A stretch of 64,000 nt of DNA from Eledone cirrhosa (lineage: Eukaryota): assembly GCA_964016885.1 (NCBI GenBank), contig OZ024742.1, positions 269,080,001 through 269,144,000 of the forward strand. Direction: 5' to 3'. A program made the translations under genes and the position numbers. The notes beneath the pieces are model-generated. The model was not told the origin of the DNA and did no database searches. It saw only the letters and a program-made list of their open reading frames with translations. This document shows, piece after piece, positions 41,600 through 54,644 of the stretch. The stretch's first letter is position 1, and every line of letters starts with the position of its first letter.

Positions 41600-42050
41600 C
41601 CTCTTTTATGTAATATTCGGCTTGTAGTGGGAAAAAAGGGTTTTAGTTCGGTGACGGCAGAATAATGTTCGTTCAATTCTGTTATTCAGCAATTTCTTCC
41701 TGTGTGTGATTATGTAATAAATCTCAAGATTACACAATTTGCAGAAATTTTGGCTCCTGGAAAAGCTTTGGGTTTTAGCTAATTTCTCCCATTTTAGGGT
41801 AAACTTTTGATCGCTATCCTTGAGCGTCCAAGCTTTTTCTGCTAAAGTTGTTACATTTCTTTGGCTCTGGTGTTTTATTGAGTAAGAATGCCTATATAAT
41901 CGAGATTTAAACGATGTTGCCGTTGATCCCACGTAATACCACTCGTTGCCTCCGCATTTTAATGGTATACTTATAAATAATTTTTTTTTTCCAGGCAGTT
42001 ATTGCCGCGGGGGCAGTTGTCAGGATAGGTGCAGTTACAGTTGTGTACGT
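41600..42050 (-). mobile_element. Naiad-type PLE GIY-YIG fragment
   Basis: CNCTYPDNCPRGNNC, YYVGSTATSFKSRLYRH, TTLAEKAW, CKLCNLE. Confidence 0.85.
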
Positions 42051-42385
42051 TGGGTTTTCTCTGGAGTAGTATTGCGGACGAACTTAGGTGTGGTTTATTT
42101 ATGTTCTGTAGTGTATTGTCTACTGTTTTTTTTGTGTTCTTTGTACTTAAGTTTTTAGTGTTTTCGTTTAACCTTCTAGTATTGATCTTTTTTATGTGTT
42201 ATTCAAGGTTTAACGCTGTAGAGTATGACAGTCTTATAGTGGTAGGGTTTAGGATTTTGTGGTATTTGTGTGATGTAGGAAAATGGCTCTTAATTATTTT
42301 AAACACAATGGAAAATACTGTATATATATATATATAAGTTATGGAATACTGTTAGCTTCTCGCTACAACAATTTCTATACTTTTC

Positions 42386-42477
<92 letters not shown>

Positions 42478-42510
42478 AAATGTTATAGTTTACTTCAAGT
42501 ATTGTATATA

Positions 42511-43820
42511 ATATATAGCGTTAAAAGAGATAGAAAGCTAAACAATGCAACATGGACTGTAATATGAGGAAACAAAAGTAAAAGTTATCAGGTAACCTTT
42601 GTTTTGTTTTGTTGTTCTTGTTCTTGTTTTTTTATCCGTACAATATTTCGAGACCTAAGGGTCCCTTCATTAGGATTTAGAGAAATTTCAGATGAAGGTA
42701 CTATATACACCAACTTCTATGAGAAAGCTGACAGCAGAGACCTTTTTGAACATTATAGATCAGCCCTTCCCCTTGGTGCTAAAACCGGATACATGAGAAA
42801 TGAACTTACGTGCATCCGGAATAAATGTAGCAAAACAGAGGACCAGATAACCCATACTTCACACTTCATAGATGTACTGAAGACGAACGTGTACCTAAAT
42901 ATCCACAATGAAAAGACTTAAAAATCGAAGGCGCCACAGATATGAAACCTGCTCTAACACCTGCTTCATGAAATTACATTTCAGAAAAAGCATAACCACA
43001 GCTATCCACAGGGCTATCCGCAAAGAAGGACTGGACATACAACTATCACACTCCGGCCCTTCCCTGTGTGGATACCTGTCTAAAGAGCAATCCCAAGACA
43101 ACAACATTCAATGCCCTCTGACTAACTGCCCTATCTGCGATACACGTATGTGTCAGCGGACACATGTAGTATACGGGATTGAATGGAACAAATGTAAAGA
43201 ATTCTACCTTGGTAGCACGTCTCGAGCACTCCACAATCGCATTAAAATACAACTCAATACCAACGCATCCTCATTAAAAAAACACACCGACAAATATAGA
43301 AACACCAACCAATATATCACCGTTACCATTAAAACTAGTGATAGAAATGTGGGCAACTTAATTAAAGAAGCCTTGCTCATACGTCGACTCAACCCGCAAA
43401 TAAATAATAGATTAGAGCTCAGCACACGATAATCGACATAAAAAGACACACCCACAGGCACACAAATTAAACATATCATACAAAAAAAGAAAATTGATAT
43501 CGTGAAATTCTATATTGGCAATTGACGTCATTCACGTGGAAAGCGAAGTAACCAGCGAAAAACGCTTGAAGACGACTTAGAAAAAATTTAAATAAAAATC
43601 AAAATTTGATCACGAAGAGAGGAAATTGAAAGGTTATCCCCTGAAGTTTCCTTAAACACTGGTGAAGGGAATTTTAGGTCCCTCAATATTGGACAGATAA
43701 AAGAACAACAACAACAACAACAAAACAAAGATTACCAGGGATCTTATACTTTTCGTTACGTCATATTACAGACCATTTAGCATTGTTTAGGCTTCTATCT
43801 CTTTCAACGTAATTTATATA
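42511..43820 (+). mobile_element. 5'-truncated PLE (thumb plus GIY-YIG) bracketed by inverted ~165-bp pseudo-LTR arms
   Basis: YEKADSRDLFEHYRSALP, CPLTNCPIC, VVYGI...YLGST.RALHNRI, KEALLIRRLNPQINNR; 42511-42675 inverted at 43655-43820 with a degenerate hammerhead. Confidence 0.85.
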
Positions 43821-43883
43821 TATATATATATATATATATTACTTCAAAATATTAATAAATATAGACATTCATGTGATCAAATA

Positions 43884-43949
43884 TATTTTATTATACATAT
43901 TTCAGAGGTACTGAACTATTTCATCAGTACGTCCTCATCAGATAAAATA
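43884..43949 (-). ncRNA. Type I hammerhead ribozyme
   Basis: TATTTTAT-CTGATGA-GGACGTACTGA(tgaaatagt)TCAGTACCTCT-GAAA-TATGTATA-ATAAAATA. Confidence 0.88.
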
Positions 43950-44075
43950 AATTGATGTCTGACATACCTCAACTGTGCTGATGTTTCAGTTCCAGTCTTG
44001 GCAGTGATTAGTTATGACAAAACTCAATATTTATATATCATAAGTTGTAACATGACAAACTACATATAACTGAGA

Positions 44076-45499
44076 GGGTACGTATGAGAACGTATATAAA
44101 AAATATAATAAGTATATATAAAAAATATATAAAGACAAGCAAAAAATATATATAAACCTACAACTACATAACTGTTAAAAATGTAAATAATTAAATATGT
44201 AAACATTTGTATTAGAGAAGGAGCAAATGAGAGAAAGACGGAGCTAAATAAAGGAGAGTAAGAAAACAATATAGAGAGATGATACTAAAAACAAAGAGGT
44301 GAGATATGTATTGTATATTATAATTACTCAAGGAAAAGAAGAATAAACGTATGTGATGCATGACCGTTTTTTTTCAAATATTAAGTTAGGTAGAAATAAT
44401 CAATTAAATATCATGAAATGTTCAGTCTATAATATTTGAAAGAAGTTATACTATTATATTATATCATAGTTAAAACAATATAAAATGAAAAAGATAATTT
44501 CACATAATTTCATGGGTATATTTAACCTAGTTAAATCAATAATTTGGTTACAAAAATCAAAATTAAAGATATTATTAACTAACAATGGTGCTTATAAATA
44601 TAGTAAATATGATATTATTAAACCGGACTTAATTAGATATTATCATTTGTATAGTTCTTTTATAAACTATATGATTTGAATAGATATCTATCAATTATAT
44701 ATGAGATTAATTATTAGTTATAATTACACTAAAGAGTATTATTATTTTGATTTAACTAAATTTTACTGTATTCAATATTATAAATCAAGTTAAGTATAGT
44801 ATTGAATACAGTAAAATTTATTTAAATCAAAATAATAATACAATTTAGTGAAATTATTACTAATAATTAATCTTATATATAATTGATAGATATCGATTTA
44901 AATCATATAGTTTATAAAAGAACTATACAAATGATAATATCTAATTAAGTCCGGTTTAATAATATCTTATTTACTATATTTATAAGCACCATTGTTAGTT
45001 AATAATATCTTTAATTTTGATTCGTGTAACCAAATTATTCAGTTTATTTACTAGGTTAAATATACTCATGAAATGATGTCAAATTATCTTTTTCATTTAT
45101 ATTGTTTTAACTATGATATAATATAATAGTATAACTTCTTTCAAATATTATAGACTAAAAATTTCATTATATTTTATTGATTATTTCGACCTAACTTAAT
45201 ATTTGAATAAAAACGGTCATGCATCACATACGTTTATTCTTCTTTTCCTTGAGTAATTATAATATACAATACATATCTCCCCTCTATGTTTTTAGTATCA
45301 TCTCTCTATATTGTTTTCTTACTCTCTTTTATTTAGCTCTCTCATTCTCTAATTTGCGCCTTCTCTAATACGTATGTTTATATATTTAATTATTTAAATT
45401 TTTAACAGTTATGTAGTTGTAGGTTTATATATTGTTTGCTTGTCTTTATATATGTTTTATATATACTTATATTTTTTATATACGTTCTCATACGTACCC
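44076..45499. repeat. ~1.4-kb near-perfect palindrome (arms ~705 bp, 12-nt loop)
   Basis: gggtacgtatgagaacg... at 44076 mirrors ...cgttctcatacgtaccc at 45499; axis ttcaatattata-aatcaagttaag-tatagtattgaa at 44783-44794. Confidence 0.95.
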
Positions 45500-45505
45500 A
45501 TATAT

Positions 45506-45573
<68 letters not shown>

Positions 45574-45575
<2 letters not shown>

Positions 45576-45747
45576 CGAAGGAATTGTGGTAAGGAACCAG
45601 ATGGACCATAACGCACCAGATTACTTAGGGTAGTAGAGTGGGTAATAGAAAAAAGTATGATCCCGACGGCAGAGCTCAAGCCGTTTCGACGGCTATTTCA
45701 AAAATAGCCGTCGAAATGGCTTGAGCTATGAGGTCGAGGTCATACTT
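45574..45747. repeat. Fold-back micro-element in (TA)n (family copy 2)
   Basis: Shared aacgaagga.. terminus; palindrome 45653-45747 centred on gacggctattt-caa-aaatagccgtc. Confidence 0.88.
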
Positions 45748-45841
45748 ATGTATATATATATATATATATATATGTACGTATACATACTTATATTTATGGG
45801 TCAGACGTACTAAGAGTGACAAATGAAATTTCATTTTTTCC

Positions 45842-45869
<28 letters not shown>

Positions 45870-45877
<8 letters not shown>

Positions 45878-46250
45878 GTAAGTTTGAAACACCCACGTCC
45901 CGTAGGGCCTACATAGGGTTAACTGCCAATAGATTCAAGCAGCGTCTTTACATGCATACCCATTCTTTTCGTTACCCTTTAAGAAGGAATATGACGTCAC
46001 TTTCAGCTTATATCTGGAGTCTAAAAGACAACCACACCCAATATAAGTTACACTGGGAGATCCTAGCTAGGGCTAGATCGTATAATGGAAATAAATGACC
46101 ATGTGACCTCTGCGCCACTGAGGCCCTGGAAATACTCTATGCCAAAGACCACATCTTAAACAAAAATTCTAAGGCAATTTTGGCTTGTAAACATAAATTG
46201 CACAACACTTTCCTGTATTACAGCCCCACATTATACCCTAACGGATAATA
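45870..46250 (+). mobile_element. Naiad-type PLE GIY-YIG fragment
   Basis: YKCK...YIGLTANRFKQRLYMH...TSLSAYIWSLK...CDLCATE. Confidence 0.85.
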
Positions 46251-46617
46251 CGAACTATACGCGGACATTTTACGTCTTGATGTCGTAGCTAAGTACATGT
46301 TATGTTTATACAATTACTTATTTGTATATGTAAGTATATATTACCTGTATGTTTTGTGAAGGTACGTATATTTGATTGTATATGTTATGGCGTATATATT
46401 ATATATTGTGGTACATATGCTTTTTGTTATGTGTATACGTGAATTTTGCGTCTGTGTGAGTATGCGGGTTCGTACGCATAAGGATGCGTGTATATGTGTA
46501 CTTTGTGTTTTGGTTGACGTTCGTCTCCGAACGTATGTGTATTTAGATGTAGGTATGTGTTATATAAGTATTTGTTTATTTATATACGTATATTAAATTA
46601 TATATATACACGCACAG

Positions 46618-46660
<43 letters not shown>

Positions 46661-46667
<7 letters not shown>

Positions 46668-47612
46668 ATAATAATAAAATTGAAGACTAAAATCCAAAGA
46701 GGGCTCGATAAGGATAAATATATATCAAATATATAAGAACCGTAGAGCAAATATTTATTAAATAACAGATTAAAGTTTAAGCAAAGAATCGCTGCTTTCA
46801 CCCTTAACGGGATCTTCTGAAACTAACAAAGTCAATCTGTAAACGCAGAACTGGATATTTCAAAAAACGTTGCAACCGGAGGAAGACAGGTAGACGATAC
46901 TTTGGTTCGTGGAAACGTTCGCTGGCAAAGAACGAGAAAAAAACGAATAATACGTCATTAATAGGAGCGGTGAAAAACAATTACGCGCAAAGACAGAACC
47001 ACGTTTATGGTATAAAAGAGGTCGTAGGCTAATGTTCTCTTAGGTGGTGCATAGAGACGTTCTCTGGCAATGAACGAAAAAACGAAGATAATAAGTCATA
47101 TTGTTAGTTTCAGAAGATCCCGTTAAGGGTGAAAGCAGCGATTCTTTGCTTAAACTTTAATCTGTTATTTAATAAATATTTGCTCTACGGTTCTTATATA
47201 TTTGATATATATTTATCCTTATCGAGCCCTCTTTGGATTTTAGTCTTCAATTTTATTATTATTACTATTTGGCTCCCTCGGTTGAGCACTCTACTGACTT
47301 ATATTCATCATGCAGAAACAACATCTGAATATTTCTACAAAGAACATACCCGTACCAAGCAGGAAAACATACCTAAAACTCCTGATACAGAAAACAGACG
47401 CGTTCATTAAAAGGTTGCGTTGGCGTGCGTTTTATTTCGATAATACGCGAAAAGCAGACAACAAACAGGATAAATTTGGATTTAAAACCTATAATAACCC
47501 CCCGTGGAACCCAGCATTGCTACCCTCCGAAAATGATGTCTTGGAACTCATTCGGAGTATCAAATTTCGGAATAGGAGCAATTCCTTCCAGCAAGACCTG
47601 AAGAATAGAATT
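46661..47612 (+). mobile_element. Naiad-type PLE 5' end: inverted pseudo-LTR pair (46661-46829 / 47101-47268), TATA-like box and ORF start
   Basis: Apparently identical 168-bp inverted arms; GGTATAAAAG at ~47009; ATG 47310 gives STKNIPVPS...FIKRLRWRA. Confidence 0.88.
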
Positions 47613-47614
47613 CG

Positions 47615-49711
47615 TCTGGCAGAATGTCGGTTGACAGCCTGCCAAACTACATCCAGGCAATGCAACCCCACATCACTAACACAAGTGAGGTAACACCACA
47701 GGAGCATGAGGATAGAGAAAAAGCCCTCAATGCCCATACGGTGATGTGGACGAATATAATGCAGCCCAACAAAAGGAATGCCAACAACTTCCAGGCATGG
47801 AACAATGACGTGCCGGCGTTGTATGGGCTTCGAAAAGACCATAAAACGGGCAGTGACCCTGTAGCGGGACCACCAACACGGCGAGTCTGTGGAGCTAACA
47901 TTGCTAGTAACTTCAGACTGTCCTACTTCCTCTCCCTGATCAAACGCCCCATCATTGAAATGTCCCCAGATGTATGTGACAGCACGGAGGACCTCCTCAG
48001 CAGGATCGGCGAGGGTAACCGATCTAGGGACCTAACAAACTGCATAATAGGTAGTATGGATGTTGTGTCCCTGTATCCATCTATTGACGTGGATTTTGCT
48101 GTGGAGAAATGAGTAGTAATGATCAGTGAGAGCAATGTTGAGTTCCGTGGGATTGATACCAGTGAGCTGGGACTCCTACTTAAACTTACCTATAGTAATA
48201 ATCACCTAGACACATATGACCTTAGCAACCTGTGCCCTACAAGACCAGCAAGAGGCAGACCACCTACCATTACCTCAATGGCCAAGAAAACCCACACAGA
48301 TAGATGGAAAGGGTGGACCAGAGCCATACGGACACCCGAAAACCACGATGAACTGAAGAAAATGATTGCACATGCGGTAGGGGCCAGCATAAAACTAACC
48401 CTTAAGGAACATATGTTCAAATTTAATGGAAAAACATATGCCCAATAGGAAGGAGCAGCCATTGGTGTTAGCATTGCAGGCGACATAGCTAACTTATTCA
48501 TGGTATGGTGGGACAGTAGACTTAAAATTAAACTTAAAGAACAATTAGAAGACCCCTTAACCCTGATAATGTACTCCCGCTACGTTGATGATATGAACAT
48601 CGTAGTTAAGACACCCCCACTAGAGAACAGTCAGGAACTAGAGAAAAACACAATGGAAAGCATCCAGCAAATAGCTAACTCCATCCACCAGAGCATTAGA
48701 GTTACTATAGACTACCCAAGTAAACACCCCAACCATCGATTACCTGTACTAGACACAGAGCTCTGGTTAGATACCATTAATAACAAAAAACAAATCCTCC
48801 ATTCCCATCATGCCAAACCCATGACTTCCAAACATCTGATCCACCGAAACTCGGCCGTTTCTAACCATACCAAAATCAACATTCTGATTGCGGATTTGGT
48901 ACGGGTGATGAGAAACGTGTCCCGCATGTGCAACCCCGAAGAACTAGAGATACACATACAACACTTCATCCACCGTATGCAGTTCTCTGGCTACAATCAG
49001 AGAGATAAAATCAGAGTGTATAGAGGAGCCAGAACCAAATGGGAAAAAATGGTAAATAATGACATAAATGGGACCTGCCCCTTGTATAGGAGCAAATTTT
49101 GGAATAGAATAGAAAGAACTAGGAACAAGGCTAATAGAATAAACTCATGGTATGATAGGAATAAATACCATAGTGTAATGTTCATCGATACAACCCCTAG
49201 AGGTGAATTAGCTTACAAATTTAGAAGGGCCCTAGATAAACATAAACTCAACATTAAGATAGTAGAAAGACCAGGTACCTCCGTAAAAACACTTATTAGC
49301 AAGACATACCCTTTTCAAAGACCCTCATGTATAGATAAGAAATGTATAACCTGTAAAATAAGCCCCCATATTAACTGTAAAACTAGAAATGTAGTGTATA
49401 GGATAAGATGTACTGAAGGACAATGTAGAGACAAAAATATAGTGTACATAGGTGAGACAGCTCGTAGTGTAGGGGAACGGATAAATGAACACTGGCGAGA
49501 CCTTCAAGATAGTAAAGAATCATCTGTACTCTACCAACACGCTAAAATAGAACACAAGGTTAAATTAGAGAACATAGAAATAAAAATAGAATCTACACAC
49601 AGAAAAGACGCAATGTTTAGACAAATCACAGAGGCAATAAACATAAAAGAATTACAACCAAAATTAAATAGAAAATATGAGTGGAACAGCAACATCACAA
49701 CTTACAATTAA
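47615..49711 (+). pseudogene. Near-intact PLE RT plus GIY-YIG ORF (Neptune/Nematis-like), single frame with two in-frame stops
   Basis: ORFs 47624, 48119 and 48500 share one frame; SMDVVSLYPSI, EGAAIG, YSRYVDD, LPVLD, CIDKKCITC, NVVYRIRC...YIGETARSVGERINEH, EAINI...PKLNRKYEW. Confidence 0.92.
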
Positions 49712-49901
49712 GGACAAAATGAAAACACACACACACATAGAACAAACAACCAACCAGTAACATGTAAATAAATAAACAGTGAAAAAGTGAACAGCTGGTG
49801 CGTGATTTTCTTATTGGCAATATGACCCTCCCAAAGTATAACAATATCGGTTTCAACACACGATTTCAGATAAAGAATCTTGCTGAACAAATTCAGAAAC
49901 G

Positions 49902-50317
<416 letters not shown>

Positions 50318-51431
50318 CATATTTAAATACTTGTTTACATATATATGCATACGCATATTTACGGATCTATGAATCATATATAGATTATATGTAATATAAC
50401 TTGGCACCATACATAATATGTAATAGATAACAGGATATAACTTAATCCTGTAAGACATCTCGCATAGCAAATTATTACATAATGTAATACTATACGATAT
50501 AACATTGCATTGTAACATTTTATTATTATATTATTCATGATGCCATTCTTCAATTCACTATGTAATTCTTCGCTATATAAATATTGCCTATGGGTGTGTA
50601 TTTAGGCCAATTCACTATATGGAATTATATAAGTTAAGACTTCTCTTTAATGTTAGGTATGAGTAAAATGAGATCAGATCATTCTTAAAACATATCTATT
50701 TGTTGTTAGTTGCTAGTGCTTTTATAATATATAGGGGAAGATTATATTCATAAGTATTTCAGGAAGAATATTTAATCATAATTATATATGCATACGTATA
50801 TCAATTCATATATATAGTTAGATACTATGTGTTTCTAGTCACACATATATACATACATTCCGACATAAGGCCATAATAATATTACATATCTGCATATATA
50901 TATATATATATCTGCTCATATATATGTATATCAAGATGTAAAAGTCTATTATAAAACATGTGGACAAAATACATATTAGGTGTGTGGAGAAATTATTTCT
51001 AGATTGTATGTGAAGGAAGGAAGAGTAGAAATATGTTTTCTAAGTACGGTACATTAATTGTTGTATTTAGGTCTTCAGATAAGAGCCTGTTGAAATTAAA
51101 GGGAGAAATAATGATTAAGATATTTTTGTTATAGTTGAAATTTCATTTTACAATAAGATTAAAATTAAAATCATAGAATTATGAAGATATTAGTCGATTG
51201 TGTCGTAAAATATTAGGGAATGAGGTAGAAGACAAGTAAGATTTAATAGAGGAGGAAGTATTTATTATGTTAGTAATCACCCTAAAACTGTATAAATAAA
51301 AAGGCATACAATAAAAAGAAAAAAAAGTAAAAAGCAGAATATACTAAAAAAAAAAGATATTAAAATATGTATAAAATATTATGTATATATATGAGGAAGT
51401 TGTAGTTTACTTAAAGCATTGCGTAATGAGG

Positions 51432-52390
51432 TATACACGTTTGGAGTTGGAAGGCCGAGAAAATGCAGGTATGGGTATAGAATATAAATGCAAATGCAAA
51501 AGATATTGTTGACAATTAGTCTTTTACCTTAAATTTATTTAAATATCCTTAATTTTCGAGATAATATCTCCTCTTCGGAGGGAAGTAAAGGGGTTAATCC
51601 AGTGTTCTAAATATCTTGCCAAGTCATGCTGACAGGAAATGGTTTCGAGATTCCATTCTATCTCTAATGTCAAAGAGTGAAGGTTAGGTGGACAAAGAGT
51701 TGTCTCCCTTTAAAAGGGGTTTTGTACATGTATGTTTATGTGTGTGGGAGAATACGTGAAGGCGTATGTATGTGTGTGTCTGTGTGTGTGTGTGTGTGAG
51801 TGTGAGAGGATATGTCTATATGTAAATGTGGGGGCTTGATGCTCTGTCATGTTAAAACTGGTCTTTGTATGTGTATGTCTGTGTGCGAGAGAGAATAAGT
51901 GGAGGGGTAAGCGTGTGTGTGCGTGTGTGTCTGCGTCTGTGCTCTATCATGTTAAAAATTGGGTGTTCAGTTCTAGTCTATTATTGATCAGTTGTTGTGT
52001 TTTGTCTATAATCAGTGCTTCCTTAATTCTAAGATTGCCGAGGTTTCTTTCCTTACTTTCTTTCCCAACTCTTATGTTTTTCTCGGTGTTTTTGCATTTT
52101 ACTAGGTGTTTTTTAAATGAGGAAGCGTTAGTATTGAGGTGTTCTTTTATTCTTTTGACATTAGAGATGGAATCTCTATACCATTCGCTGTCAGCATGAC
52201 TTGGCAAGCTATTTAGAACACTGGATTAACCCCTTTACTTCCATCCGAAGAAGAGATATCATCTCGAAAATTAAGGATATTTAAATAAATTTAAGGTAAA
52301 AGAGTAATTGTCAACAATACCTTTTGCATTTGCATTTATATTCTATATCCATACCTGCATTGTCTTGGCCTTCCAACTCCAAACGTTTAT
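51432..52390. mobile_element. PLE remnant: ~240-bp inverted arms enclosing a minus-strand GIY-YIG C-terminus
   Basis: 51432-51675 is the reverse complement of 52152-52390; RIKEHLNTNASSFKKH...KEALII...INNRLEL (same family as 42908-43432); CCGAAGA-a-GAGAT(atc)ATCTC-GAAA hammerhead variant. Confidence 0.85.
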
Positions 52391-52575
52391 ATATATATAT
52401 ACGTATTTCTCTCTATATGAAAGTATATGTATGTATGTCTGTCTTTTCCTTATGCAATCAGAAATGACTCGACCAAATCAAATCAAATGTTAGTAGGTAT
52501 TAGACCACGGGATTAACAGTATGCAACTTTTATTTCATTTGGATCAAAACTATATAACTTTATATATATATATAA

Positions 52576-52923
<348 letters not shown>

Positions 52924-53144
52924 CCGAAGAGATTGTTCGAAGCAGGAGCAAGCTCTCAAAGTTCGTATTGTGTAGTTACAATGGAGGTTCAGTATAAAAA
53001 ATAACATAAATAAAGATGCTGATGTTACATAAATCTTTTATTCATTATAATTACTAGGAGAAAATCCACCCGCGGGCATATGTAGTGTGCATATTTGTAT
53101 TATACGCAAATATGTTTATGTAAATTGAAAAGAAAATTAACAAT

Positions 53145-53810
53145 ATCTTCTTCGCCCACTTATTTCTGAGAGGGTCATGGGGTCAGAGCCCTTCTCAAAC
53201 ACTACTTTCAGCGAATCTGTAAGAAGCCAATATCTCTAACTAATAGAGCTGGATCCCAAAGCGTGACCAGCCAAGCTCATGGATGTTATCCAACTATCTT
53301 GCTCATGATCTATCTCTGGATCTCTTGCCGGTCGGTTTTGCCTGTAAAATCTGCCCATCTATTCTTTACTGACACGTTCTAACCACATGTTCATAATATC
53401 GGAGATATGATCTCTCAATTCGGGGAAGTAGCAGATTTCACATGAGTTACTCTCTGGTCTCTGAGTTATGCACTTTATCGAGTAACGTTACTCCAAAGAC
53501 CCTTCGGAGGAATCCCATTTCTGTCGCTTTGATTTGCAATTGTATTCTTTTGGTCATTACTCAAGATTCATCATCCTCAGTTGGCAGGAATACCAGGAAG
53601 ACAGCGAGTTTGGCTTTTACACCTACCCCCGTCTTGTGAATGCTGAATGCTGAGGATGGCGTATTACTGCTTCAGCTTTTGCAATTCTTGCACTTAATTC
53701 AGCCTCCTGCATTCCATCACTCATGGACATGGCTCCAGGATACTTGAACTTATCTAACTGCTTCAGTAGAACTCCATTCACATATATATGAATTTCTTGG
53801 ACATCTGTCC
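53145..53810 (-). mobile_element. RTE-clade LINE 3' fragment
   Basis: LKQLDKFKYPGAMSMSDGMQEAELSARIAKA; homologous to 61300-61935. Confidence 0.75.
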
Positions 53811-53902
53811 CCCTGTCCATCACACAATATGTATGTGTGTGTAAAAGGAAGGAAAGGGATACACACACATATATGTTTCTAACTTAAAAACAGTGACACA
53901 CT

Positions 53903-53934
<32 letters not shown>

Positions 53935-54004
53935 ACACACGTCACAAATTTAAGAACGCCAATAAACTCACGCGCACGCACGTACAAACACTGTCCTATT
54001 ACCA

Positions 54005-54445
54005 CTTAAGCGCTTTGGCTCGTGCAAACATCCCCTCAATTTTGGAACCGTCTGGTTTGTCCAGAATTGATGGGAAAAGACCTGACGGTCTTACTCTTTG
54101 CTCCTGGTCAAGAGGCAGGTGCCTTACCTGGAACGTCACAGTTAGTGAGTCTTTTGCTTCTTCCCACACCCTGGATGCAGTGGTAAGGGCGAGAGCTACA
54201 CACACCGCAGATGAACGGAACGAAATCCTAAAATACCGTGTTCTGTCAGCTACCTACATTATCCAGCCTGTCGCGTTCGAGACGTTTGGGGTAGTCAGGC
54301 TACTGACAGCGTGGTTCTTATCTTCACTGGCAGCACTTCACTGGTGATGCTCGTGAGGGCACTAGGTCGTTCCAGCAACTCAGCATCGCCATTACCCCAG
54401 GTAACGCTGCGAGCGTGCTGGCTTGCCTAAACAATTATTAGAGAG
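54005..54445 (+). mobile_element. CRE-clade non-LTR retrotransposon C-terminal endonuclease fragment
   Basis: EPSGLSRIDGKRPDGLTLCSWSRGRCLTWNVTV...QPVAFETFG...FQQLSIAITPGNAA. Confidence 0.8.
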
Positions 54446-54644
54446 GTTTCCAAGTGCTCCTCGCTATTTTGCTATCTTGCTCTGGTAGCGGTTCGTTTTA
54501 TCCATTCTTTTGCCTGTATATTGTTCTATGGGGTCTAAGATGTGGGTATTACGTGCTTGCGTATTTTTTCTCTGTCTTTTTTTCCTTTCCATTTCCTTTG
54601 TATATATTATATTTGTTATCGTTTTTGTTTTTTAACCATTATAT

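Noticed and set aside
46096-46098. TGA in a Naiad GIY-YIG fragment as selenocysteine
   Set aside because: It is not at a conserved Cys (the CDLC that follows is intact); probably a point mutation.
48110-48112. In-frame TGA as possible selenocysteine (some Naiad PLEs encode selenoproteins)
   Set aside because: The same ORF also has an in-frame TAG (48446-48448), this portion is not Naiad-type, and I could not identify a SECIS; decay is simpler.
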